Position numbers and translations under genes: made by a program. A stretch of 64,000 nt of DNA, taken from the IMG/VR virus record IMGVR_UViG_3300027668_000008, positions 186,001 through 250,000 of that record; one strand, given 5' to 3'. The notes beneath the pieces were generated by a model. It saw only the letters and a program-made list of their open reading frames with translations. It was not told where the DNA came from and searched no databases. Below, piece after piece: positions 1 through 8,703 of the stretch (position 1 is the stretch's first letter; each line of letters begins with the position of its first letter).

Positions 1-85
1 TTGCGTTGTCGCCGCCGCGGTTTCCGCCTTGTGAACGGGTATCCTGTGCTTGTAGTTTTGCACGGATTTCTGCTAATGATGCCAT
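1..85 (-). CDS. gp32: Single-stranded DNA-binding protein (T4 gp32-like), 5' end only; runs off the window
   Basis: Manual translation from ATG at 85 gives MASLAEIRAKLQAQDTRSQGGNRGGDNA, an N-terminus typical of T4-like SSBs. It has its own sigma70 promoter. Confidence 0.75.
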   Translation of the reverse strand, partial: MASLAEIRAKLQAQDTRSQGGNRGGDNA

Positions 86-182
86 GTTATGTGCCTCTCT
101 GTTGCCTAGTTAATAGCCTAGTTATGTTGTTTTAATATTGCCTTGATAGCAATGTGTACACCTTCCTGATGTACTGCTAACA

Positions 183-211
183 ATTATACTTATCTTTAAA
201 CCCAAAGTCAA
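183..211 (-). promoter_or_regulatory. Sigma70-type promoter for the SSB gene
   Basis: TTGACT-N17-TATAAT on the minus strand, with an A-rich tract upstream. Confidence 0.85.
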
Positions 212-240
212 CCTTTATTTTCTGAATCTAATATAATTGT

Positions 241-464
241 TACAACTAACTGTTTGGAAGGACTTGCTGTGAACTCACCTCCAACTTTCTAATAGCAGAT
301 CACATCTAATATTGCAAGGTTTCGACGTGAAATTTACTAGAACCACCGCTTCTTAAACCAACCCACTTGGGCGCCTAAAAAGATTAAGTGTGCGTTACCC
401 CTCTGCCGAAGAGTTATTCCGCCACAAACACAAAAGAATTATAAGCCCTTTTGTTTTAGTTGTT
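241..464 (-). ncRNA. Candidate structured non-coding RNA (~225 nt)
   Basis: No ORF. It has its own promoter, complementary ends (ACAACTAA/TTAGTTGT) and several internal stems. Confidence 0.6.
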
Positions 465-470
465 AAGTAT

Positions 471-499
471 AATATACATTAGAATGTATCCGAAGTCAA
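471..499 (-). promoter_or_regulatory. Sigma70-type promoter driving the candidate ncRNA
   Basis: TTGACT-N17-TATATT; the predicted start (~464) coincides with the terminal stem. Confidence 0.75.
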
Positions 500-517
500 C
501 CATTTTTTTAAATTATT

Positions 518-889
518 TTATAAATCGCCGTTTTTTCGCATATTTGCACGGATTTTAGTAGCACTAATGTCGTGTATCTCTTTACCTAAGTCATGTTCTG
601 TAATAGTATATCCTACTCCACGCCCATAACTAATGTCTACAATATTTGGAACATTGATAATATTGTACTCTTTACGATACTCGAATCCTTCGAAACTTAA
701 TCCATTAATGATGTTTTTACGGACTGTATCAATATCAAATGGATTATCGTCTACACCCTGTACATTACGAATCATAATGCAAACTTGCCCGGTTTGTGCT
801 AGTGCTTTTTTAAATAATGCTGTGTGGCCATCATGCCACGGTTGCCAGCGACCCAACATCTGAACTGTTGGCTTCTTACTATCAAACAT
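518..889 (-). CDS. HxGH nucleotidyltransferase (cytidylyltransferase / NMNAT-like)
   Basis: GRWQPWHDGH and C-terminal ISATKIR motifs. Confidence 0.8.
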   Translation of the reverse strand: MFDSKKPTVQMLGRWQPWHDGHTALFKKALAQTGQVCIMIRNVQGVDDNPFDIDTVRKNIINGLSFEGFEYRKEYNIINVPNIVDISYGRGVGYTITEHDLGKEIHDISATKIRANMRKNGDL

Positions 890-1307
890 TGTTTCTGTTC
901 ATATAGTTTAGTATTACTTCAGATAATTGTGCGTGTGTATCGTCAAACCATTCACGTACATGGTAATTAACCTTGTTAGGCATTTGAAACATTCTGTTAG
1001 TATCCTCGTACTTGCCAATTTTAATTGTATCCATCCAAACTGTATAATCAGCATTAAACTCTTTTCTTGCTGTTTCAGTAGGACAAATAAAATCACAAAC
1101 TGCGATTTTATCAGACATAACTACTCCATCTGCTAAATGTTTCATGCGTTGTGCTTGTCTTATTCTTCCCTCAGGACTAAAATCCCAATCGTCATATTTT
1201 TTGCGTACTACATCGGCATTGATGTGTACTGCACCAATTAAGTTAGCAAATGGTTTTGCTAGTGTTGTTTTACCACTTCCAGGTAACCCAAAGATTAAAA
1301 TTTTCAT
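882..1307 (-). CDS. cysC: Adenylylsulfate (APS) kinase-like P-loop kinase
   Basis: GLPGSGKTT Walker A plus NADVVR, DFSPEGR and FICP motifs resembling CysC; shorter than cellular CysC. Confidence 0.65.
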   Translation of the reverse strand: MKILIFGLPGSGKTTLAKPFANLIGAVHINADVVRKKYDDWDFSPEGRIRQAQRMKHLADGVVMSDKIAVCDFICPTETARKEFNADYTVWMDTIKIGKYEDTNRMFQMPNKVNYHVREWFDDTHAQLSEVILNYMNRNNV

Positions 1308-1318
1308 ATTGCACTCCT

Positions 1319-1999
1319 CTAAACCAAACTATCAAGTTTAGGTAAAAAATGTTGTTGTTGCTCTGTGCTTAAATATTCTTTTACAAAGTTTCTAACTAAT
1401 GTTATGTTATCGTGTGTGTATTGTTCTACTACATCTTTAGTTAAGTTATATCTTTTCATTACTTCTTCATCATATTTAAAGAATAAACTTTCATAATCAA
1501 TGATGTATGTTTTGTTTGTTGCAAAACTATTAACTTCGTTAACTCGCTGTTTGTAGTCTGATTCCAATAATTTTAAGTCGTTGTCTTCTAATGCGTTGTT
1601 TACAAACTTATTATATGTATTTGTTGTTCGGTTTTTAAGTAAAGTTAAAAAACTAATGTACCACTGTATTTCGGGCTTTGGCAAAATGTAATGTATCTCA
1701 TTTATATCCAAATATTCTTTTAGATATATTGGCACCCAATGCCACGATAAGTTTTCCTCTTTGCTTTCAACTAACTTGCGTATATTATCTTCGTAAATGT
1801 CTTGTCTTATAGTATGCCCAATTTTTAGATAATGATATGCATGAATTTTGTTAAAGAACATTGGTATCCATTTGACCGGACCTTCGACTTGAAATTCGTT
1901 GTTAGGTTTTTCTGTACCGCTTCCGTAATGGTTAACCATTACAAAATTCCCACTTGCTCCGGGTGGCCATATCCATAGTTCGTTAACTTGTTTTTTCAT
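1319..1999 (-). CDS. Hypothetical protein, possibly sulfotransferase-like fold
   Basis: N-terminal WPPGASGNF loop and late IDYESL motif resemble P-loop sulfotransferases. Confidence 0.4.
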   Translation of the reverse strand: MKKQVNELWIWPPGASGNFVMVNHYGSGTEKPNNEFQVEGPVKWIPMFFNKIHAYHYLKIGHTIRQDIYEDNIRKLVESKEENLSWHWVPIYLKEYLDINEIHYILPKPEIQWYISFLTLLKNRTTNTYNKFVNNALEDNDLKLLESDYKQRVNEVNSFATNKTYIIDYESLFFKYDEEVMKRYNLTKDVVEQYTHDNITLVRNFVKEYLSTEQQQHFLPKLDSLV

Positions 2000-2631
2000 A
2001 TTGCACCTTTGTAACTACTTGCTAATTTTATTGTTTCGTCTAATTCCGATTCTGCTTGTGATACATATTTTTCATTTGCATCTTTGTTTAGTGTCTCTAA
2101 AAGTTTACTATCATCTGTTGTTAAGTCAATTACACCTAATTCTGATTCTAACCAATTTAAATAAGGCATCTTATACAAGTATAGCAATTCTTGACTTGCA
2201 AAAATTGTACGATAGTTAGAAATTATGTTATCTAACTCTTGTATAAACACAGGTGTAGTGTGTTTACCTCTTACTCGTTCTTGTTGCAGTTTTACAATAT
2301 TACTATCTCTGCCAATAATAAGAAACTGCACATTTGCAAATTGTGTAACTTGCTTAATAAATTCATCGTATGCTGGTATTGTTTCTATGCCGTCATCAAA
2401 ATAAGGACAACTAATGCTTGTAATAAAATGCTTACTTTGTGTCCAATCAAACTCATACAATTTTGTGGGATCTTTCCAATACTCTGCAAACGGTTCTAAA
2501 TCATGCCCTTCCCAATACTTTTCCTGTAAACTAGGCCAAACAAATATATCGTTATTGTGTCCTAATGCTTTACTGAATAAATGATTACCACTACCTTGTG
2601 GTCCTGTCATTATTGTTAATACTGGTTTCAA
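1996..2631 (-). CDS. Sulfotransferase-like P-loop protein
   Basis: IMTGPQGSGNHL, IIGRD and SQELL align with the 5'PSB, 3'PB and YE-L motifs of sulfotransferases. Confidence 0.5.
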   Translation of the reverse strand: MKPVLTIMTGPQGSGNHLFSKALGHNNDIFVWPSLQEKYWEGHDLEPFAEYWKDPTKLYEFDWTQSKHFITSISCPYFDDGIETIPAYDEFIKQVTQFANVQFLIIGRDSNIVKLQQERVRGKHTTPVFIQELDNIISNYRTIFASQELLYLYKMPYLNWLESELGVIDLTTDDSKLLETLNKDANEKYVSQAESELDETIKLASSYKGAI

Positions 2632-2632
2632 T

Positions 2633-3373
2633 TTAGTCTAGTGTCCATACTGTATCTCGTGATCCGTTTTCAATTAATTCTCGTGTTTTATCAGATTTTA
2701 ATCCTGTAATTTGAATAACTGATCTCGGATAACTGCTTGTATTAGCCGTTGCGTGTGGTACATTGGGCCAATCAAAAATATGTGCTTCGCCGGCTTTCCA
2801 ACGTTCGTATACACAATTACCATACATATAAAATTGACCAGGCTTCCAATCATCTAGGAAAAATGTAATACGACATACTTGCTCTGGGTCATCTAAACAA
2901 CGATCCCATAACTTATCAATATGCAAGTTAAACATTTGTCCAGTTCGTTGAACGTGTGAACGTGCTTTAAATTCGTCTACTCCACCAATAATGCCAAAGT
3001 GTTCTTTCATTTTGATAAGGGTTGGGTAGTCGTCTAACTCGTCGGTCATGTCAGTTAACATTAAGTTTTTAGGATCACCGCCGCCTTTTGCAATATCATG
3101 TTCTTCTTGTTTTAACATTGGAGATTCTACTTCACTCTCTCCATAAAATTTTCGTGTTTGCCAGTTAATAGACTTATTAGAATTTTCAATTAATCTGTTT
3201 TTATCGTCTGACCAATCACCTTCAAAACGACCTAGAACTTTGAACCATTCGCCTTCCTTATCAATAATATTATCATCAAAGTGATACTCGCTGTGTGCTA
3301 CTGTCCAATCCCAACTACTTTCGTATTTGTCTGCAGGTTGTAAAGTTTTATTCCATTTTGTTTTATTATACAT
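2633..3373 (-). CDS. 2OG-Fe(II) dioxygenase / AspH-like cupin hydroxylase
   Basis: HID...PHATAN...R facial triad and WKAGEAHIFD strand. Confidence 0.7.
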   Translation of the reverse strand: MYNKTKWNKTLQPADKYESSWDWTVAHSEYHFDDNIIDKEGEWFKVLGRFEGDWSDDKNRLIENSNKSINWQTRKFYGESEVESPMLKQEEHDIAKGGGDPKNLMLTDMTDELDDYPTLIKMKEHFGIIGGVDEFKARSHVQRTGQMFNLHIDKLWDRCLDDPEQVCRITFFLDDWKPGQFYMYGNCVYERWKAGEAHIFDWPNVPHATANTSSYPRSVIQITGLKSDKTRELIENGSRDTVWTLD

Positions 3374-4874
3374 AATCTATTCCTTTATCTTTTCTTAATA
3401 CGCTGTTTAAAAATATGCCAACAGCGATTATAATACAAACTAAAAATATAGGGTGATTGTAAATATTAAACAATTCTCCCCATCTAAATCCTTCCATAGA
3501 AGTTAGTCCTGGTTTCCACTGTTTGTATCCGTATAACTGTAGTGTTCCCCAAAAGTATTCATCAATCTTAAATGCTACAACATATGCAACAAGGATTGCT
3601 GGTCTACTAATGTTAAATTTCTTACATACTACACCAATTGCACTTAAAATAGTTAACAAGGCTAAATCTTCCCAACCACCTGTATACTGCATATTTGCGT
3701 AAACAATTACTGCTAAAATAAATGTTGCATAAATCCAAAAAGGAACTTCTAATATTTTAAGAATATACTTGTACAGAAAAATACTTAATAGTGCTACACC
3801 AATTGTTCCAAAGATATAACCAAATGCTAAACTGTTTGTAAATTGTAAATCATCTAGTAAACTTGGTGTACCAATTTCCATACCAAAGTACATACAAATT
3901 GCCATAACCATAGCCGCAAATGGTGCCGCTGGAATTCCAAATAACACTGCTGGTATCATACTAGATACTTTTTGTGCATTGTTGGCTCCTTCACAACCTA
4001 GTAGTCCTACAGGGTTACCTTCTCCAAATGGAACTTCTTGATCTTTACCTTTGTGTGCGGCTTTAGTGGCACCGTATGCTAAAAAGTCTCCTACTGCTCC
4101 GCCTACACCTGGTAATAGTCCAGTAACGAACCCAATTAGTCCTCCACGAACCATGTCTTTCCAATGTCGTCTACAATCGCCGAAGCCTTGCTTTAAACCT
4201 TCAAAATAGTTTCCTTCTATTGGTGGTGCCGCTGATTTTAATCCTCGTCTAAATCCATCTAATAACTCCGGAACTCCGAATAGTCCTGATAATAAAACTA
4301 CCATGCCAATTCCGTTTTGTAGATATTCCCAACCAAATGTTAGTCTAGGATTACTTACAACATCTTCGCCTACCATACCTACTGCTAATCCAAATATGAT
4401 TGCACAGATACTTAAAAATATATTTTTACTTGCCACAAAGCCTACACAGGCTAGGGCCATTGTCATGAATCCCAGAAACTCTGGACGTCCAAATAATACG
4501 ATAATCTTCCCATAATAAGGAAGTAAAAAGAAAGTTAATGCCGCGAATATAACTCCATTAAATGTAGAGTCAGTAATAGCAATTCCCATTGCTCTTGCCG
4601 CCTGGCCTTTCTTTGCCATTGGATAACCATCGATAACACAAGCCGCTGTTGTACTAGCGCCTGGTATACCTGTTAGAATACTTGTATAACTATCTGCACT
4701 GGCACAACTTGCCACGATTGCAGTCAGAAAGACCAACCCCAAATAGGGGTCAGCCATAAAGTACGCTCCCATGCTAAAGACAGTTATCAGGGCGGTAGTT
4801 ACACCTGCAATAGGTATAATACCAACTAGCATTCCATACATGGTGCCAATTAATGCCCAGATAACATAATCCAT
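3366..4874 (-). CDS. tctA: Tripartite tricarboxylate transporter, large membrane subunit
   Basis: 502-aa polytopic protein with GIIPIAG, ILTGIPG...DGYPMAKKG, GLLPGVGG and EGANNA...GIP motifs. Confidence 0.92.
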   Translation of the reverse strand: MDYVIWALIGTMYGMLVGIIPIAGVTTALITVFSMGAYFMADPYLGLVFLTAIVASCASADSYTSILTGIPGASTTAACVIDGYPMAKKGQAARAMGIAITDSTFNGVIFAALTFFLLPYYGKIIVLFGRPEFLGFMTMALACVGFVASKNIFLSICAIIFGLAVGMVGEDVVSNPRLTFGWEYLQNGIGMVVLLSGLFGVPELLDGFRRGLKSAAPPIEGNYFEGLKQGFGDCRRHWKDMVRGGLIGFVTGLLPGVGGAVGDFLAYGATKAAHKGKDQEVPFGEGNPVGLLGCEGANNAQKVSSMIPAVLFGIPAAPFAAMVMAICMYFGMEIGTPSLLDDLQFTNSLAFGYIFGTIGVALLSIFLYKYILKILEVPFWIYATFILAVIVYANMQYTGGWEDLALLTILSAIGVVCKKFNISRPAILVAYVVAFKIDEYFWGTLQLYGYKQWKPGLTSMEGFRWGELFNIYNHPIFLVCIIIAVGIFLNSVLRKDKGIDYV

Positions 4875-4884
4875 ACTATATTCC

Positions 4885-5940
4885 TTACTTTAAAAGTTCT
4901 GGTTTATAGATTGATGGAAAGCCGTATGCTTCTTGATTCCACTTAACCGCATCTTTAAGAGCTTTTTCTGTAATCAAAGATTTCAGTGCCGCTAGTAATG
5001 ATGGACCGTCTTGGATCCAAGGATAAACACCAGTCTTAGCATAAATTTCTGCACTTGCAACTGGATCATTAATCATCTCAGTTACAGCCGCTTTAACTTT
5101 TGCCGCATTAGGGTTACCTTTGTTCATCCAAAGTGATTTTTGAATTGCATCACGCCAATTACGAGTAAGTTTATATGCTTGATATAATTCACCTGCTGGA
5201 CGTTCGCCCCATAAGTTCTCATACACATCTTCGAATTGTGTGTTTGGAAAGTTTGGATCTGCAATTTGTACATTGTTTTCTAAGTCTAGAATACCGTGTG
5301 TGAACCAAAGTTCGTTACCTTCGATACCTGTGTAAAAACGTTTCCATGCCGCCGGACTTTCACGTGCAATATCAAATTCGCCGTTTTTAAATCCAAGACG
5401 CTTTTCTCCGCCTGATACACCGTTAACCCAGATAACACGTTCTCTCCAACAAGCCAAGTATGCTTCGATTGAACCTTCTGGTTGTGGACCACATAGCAAC
5501 ATTGCCGCCGCCGCCGCATCTGGTTCAAAACCTGATCCGCCTGCGATTGTCCAAGTGCCGGATTTTTCATCCTTGCCTGCTTGTTTACCTAAAACGATAT
5601 CATTGTTCATTGAACCAATTAGTTCATAATCAAAGTAATCGTAATCTACTTTATCTAGTAGATATGATACACCGTTACCACCATGTGCTACCATAATCGT
5701 TTTGTCATCAAAACGTAGGTCATTGTGGAATTTGTTAAAGCCAGGAATATCACGTGCCCCTGGAATATGGCGTACCACTACTGGTTCACCGATAAACTTT
5801 TCCAAGTTTTTCGCAATAATCTCGCCCCATACAGAAGTACCTTTACCAGGTGCTTGTGGAACAATTAGTGTATAATCAGCGAATGCTGATGTGGCAATAC
5901 TCATCGAAAGTACTGCTGATATTAGTAGTTTTTTAAACAT
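4885..5940 (-). CDS. tctC: Tripartite tricarboxylate transporter substrate-binding protein (TctC/Bug-like)
   Basis: Signal peptide ending AFA, IVPQAPGKGT and VVVRHIPGA motifs; adjacent to tctA. Confidence 0.8.
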   Translation of the reverse strand: MFKKLLISAVLSMSIATSAFADYTLIVPQAPGKGTSVWGEIIAKNLEKFIGEPVVVRHIPGARDIPGFNKFHNDLRFDDKTIMVAHGGNGVSYLLDKVDYDYFDYELIGSMNNDIVLGKQAGKDEKSGTWTIAGGSGFEPDAAAAAMLLCGPQPEGSIEAYLACWRERVIWVNGVSGGEKRLGFKNGEFDIARESPAAWKRFYTGIEGNELWFTHGILDLENNVQIADPNFPNTQFEDVYENLWGERPAGELYQAYKLTRNWRDAIQKSLWMNKGNPNAAKVKAAVTEMINDPVASAEIYAKTGVYPWIQDGPSLLAALKSLITEKALKDAVKWNQEAYGFPSIYKPELLK

Positions 5941-6200
5941 TTATGTTCTCCTTAATTACTACATTAATAATTAACCGTACACTACTGCAAGGTTAGGTCA
6001 AATTTCCATACAAAAAAGCCAAATGCAAAGCATTCAGTTAAAAGTAATTTAGATCAGTTTTTGGGGATTTTTTTTGTTTAAAAAATCGATCAGAATTGAG
6101 TCTATCATTTTCTTTTCTCTTGTTTATAGGTCTTTTCAAAGATTATAGTAAATATTGCATCTACCATCTTTGGAACAGTAAGGTTTACTGTTAACAATAT
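5941..6200 (-). promoter_or_regulatory. Long structured 5' leader of the tctC operon
   Basis: 260 nt between promoter and ATG, with multiple inverted repeats; one stem closes next to the AAGGAG RBS. Confidence 0.45.
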
Positions 6201-6208
6201 TATTTAGC
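6201..6208 (-). promoter_or_regulatory. T4-like late promoter (GCTAAATA)
   Basis: NNTAAATA motif recurring upstream of late genes throughout the window. Confidence 0.65.
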
Positions 6209-6244
6209 AAGAACGTTACCGCCCTTGCTAAAAATTAATTCTTT

Positions 6245-8686
6245 TTATTTTAAGCCTGCTAGGAATAGTATTTCATCACGTAAGTGTTGATCTTCAGGTG
6301 TTTCGGCAACTACTTCTACTGCTTCTTCAACTTTTTCTTCTTCTACTTCTTCCTTGTCATCTTTTTTGTTGCCTTTTTTAGCGGCTAACATTTTTTCAAA
6401 AGCGGCTTTTTGTGCTGGGCTTTGTGCTTCTTCTAATTCTTTTTCTTCTGCAACTGCATCATAATCAATTACTGCTGTAATGTTGTTGCCACAGCATTCA
6501 CATTCTTCTCCGATTTGTGCCTTAGTATGTTTACCTTCACAATGAGGACATCCTGATTTACATCCACAAGTTGCTTCTGTAATTCCTGAGTTTTTAATAT
6601 GGTCATGCGGTTGCATAGTACCGTCTTCGTTAATGCCTAAATCTTTCATTACTTCTTTAACCATTATACTAATATCACTTGAACCTAGTTCGTCCATTGG
6701 TGCATGGCTTTGAGCAACTTCTTCAATTGCTGATAATAATGTTTGCATATCTACATTTTTAAGAATTTTATCAAACGTTTCTGGGTTTGCAGTAATACGC
6801 CATTGAATAGCATCTGCTATTTCTTCATAACCTTCAGTATCTGCACCGTTTACTGCAACGTTTTCTACTTGTGCAGTTTCGTCTACACCGTTAATAGTGT
6901 CGTAAAATTCTTCGTTATCTGGATGCTTTGCTAAAAATTCTTCTCTAGTCATTTCTTCTGCGTCATCATGCAATGCGTTCTTAACTGCGCCTTCTGTTGT
7001 TTCTTCTTCATTGGTACTAGAGTGTGTCAAATGAGGTTTAACTATTTTTTGGATTCTGTCTTGCATTTCTTGTGGAATATCATATTGGTCTAATGAGTCA
7101 TCTACCCAAGATGCAATAATTGGTCGAGCATCACCTTGTGGGTCTTCATCAGCCGCTTCGCCTAAACTATCAAATAAACTGTCATCACCAATAATATTAT
7201 ACATAACGTTAGTAGCATTTTCGCCTTCTGCACCAAGGGGGAGTACATCAGCCATTGCTGTTTCTAAAGAATCAATTGCTTCAGCAGTATCTGGAATTGC
7301 CCAAGTACCTTCTGATAAATTATTCATTATACTTTCGTATTGATCTTCTTCTGTTTTTGCTTTTAAATCTCTTTTTCCAGGAATGATATTAACATTACCT
7401 TTCATGTATTTAGATGCTAACTGGTAAGCCGCTTGTCTATCTGGTGGAGTATCCATAGATGCTAAATCACTAATCTGTAAAGAAAGTGCATCATCGATGG
7501 TACGTTTAGCCAATGTCATAATAATTTTTCTAACTAAACCGTCTTCTGGATTTTCAGAAGTGTTTTTGTTAATAACATTTTTTTTCAAATGTTGAATATA
7601 ATTTTTAATATCCTCATCTTCTTCTGGATTCATGCGTATGTCTAATTTAGCACTTGGATCTTTTGCTAGATCATGTGCCATTGCGTTTCCACCTTCTTGT
7701 TCTTGTACTTTCATTTTATTAATCCCTCTAGCCAAATTTGGCAGTATTGTATCCACTATGTTATCTTTTTGAATACGAACTAACTTACTTCTGATATCAT
7801 CTAAGTCTGCTTGTTCGATATTATTTTCTGTTGGTCTATATTGTTCTACATATTTCGCATAACCTTTAGCACCACATAAAGTTTTTAAAGTTTCTCTAAT
7901 ACCTTGATATCTTTGACGTGCTTGTTCGATAATATGTTGTGCTTCATCTTGTTCAGCAAAATTATCTGCACGTTTAAAAACTTTAACAAATTTTGCTAAG
8001 TCGAGTGCTTCCTGTGTTATTTCGTGTATATGTTGACCAATTTCGTCTTGGTATGAACCGTTGTGATTCATATGTTGGGCTAATGCTCTGCCAGATAATA
8101 AATTTTTGAAAGGAAGTTTAACTCTTCCTTGTTCTACATTCTCTACATACAAACTATGAATGTTTCTACTACGAGAACCACGAACATCTTCATCAACAGG
8201 AGCACTATGTTTAATTATTAAACGAACATTCTCACCAAAACGTTGGTAAGATGTTTTTAACGTACCTGCTAACTTACTTTCAAATGTTACTTCTGTACTA
8301 TCATAAGCATTATCGTTATTTTTAATATAAGCATAATCAGTTTTATCTAATTGTTGCTTACCGATGTTACGAACATCAAAACTCATTAAATTTCTTTTTG
8401 CAAAAAATCTTAATTCCTTTAAAAAACTGTACCAGTCTTTCTTATCACCATGTCGCATTTCTTCTGTAATATTATTGTTATAATATATTACTAATGCATT
8501 AGGATCTACTACATTTACAGTAACACTACCATGACTTTTGCCACTTGCTCCGTACTCTAGGGTAAAAATTCTACCTTCGTTTGGTTCAACCGTAGTCACT
8601 GCTTGACTATCTGCGATGGTCAATTGAGTGAATTTTTTGGCTAGTACGCCATATAAGTCTTTTGCTACTTTATCATGTATTTGCAT
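6245..8686 (-). CDS. Large hypothetical protein, probably head-associated
   Basis: 813 aa with an acidic C-terminal half and repeated hydrophobic-X-E sites; ends EILFLAGLK like the scaffold; follows the terminase gene. Confidence 0.55.
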   Translation of the reverse strand: MQIHDKVAKDLYGVLAKKFTQLTIADSQAVTTVEPNEGRIFTLEYGASGKSHGSVTVNVVDPNALVIYYNNNITEEMRHGDKKDWYSFLKELRFFAKRNLMSFDVRNIGKQQLDKTDYAYIKNNDNAYDSTEVTFESKLAGTLKTSYQRFGENVRLIIKHSAPVDEDVRGSRSRNIHSLYVENVEQGRVKLPFKNLLSGRALAQHMNHNGSYQDEIGQHIHEITQEALDLAKFVKVFKRADNFAEQDEAQHIIEQARQRYQGIRETLKTLCGAKGYAKYVEQYRPTENNIEQADLDDIRSKLVRIQKDNIVDTILPNLARGINKMKVQEQEGGNAMAHDLAKDPSAKLDIRMNPEEDEDIKNYIQHLKKNVINKNTSENPEDGLVRKIIMTLAKRTIDDALSLQISDLASMDTPPDRQAAYQLASKYMKGNVNIIPGKRDLKAKTEEDQYESIMNNLSEGTWAIPDTAEAIDSLETAMADVLPLGAEGENATNVMYNIIGDDSLFDSLGEAADEDPQGDARPIIASWVDDSLDQYDIPQEMQDRIQKIVKPHLTHSSTNEEETTEGAVKNALHDDAEEMTREEFLAKHPDNEEFYDTINGVDETAQVENVAVNGADTEGYEEIADAIQWRITANPETFDKILKNVDMQTLLSAIEEVAQSHAPMDELGSSDISIMVKEVMKDLGINEDGTMQPHDHIKNSGITEATCGCKSGCPHCEGKHTKAQIGEECECCGNNITAVIDYDAVAEEKELEEAQSPAQKAAFEKMLAAKKGNKKDDKEEVEEEKVEEAVEVVAETPEDQHLRDEILFLAGLK

Positions 8687-8691
8687 ATTAC

Positions 8692-8699
8692 TATTTACC
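8692..8699 (-). promoter_or_regulatory. Late promoter (GGTAAATA), 5 nt before the ATG
   Basis: Motif match and position. Confidence 0.65.
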
Positions 8700-8703
8700 T
8701 TTT

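Noticed and set aside
241-464. tmRNA, tRNA or RNase P identity for the small RNA
   Set aside because: No acceptor stem with CCA, no T-loop, no tag ORF and no RNase P P4 consensus
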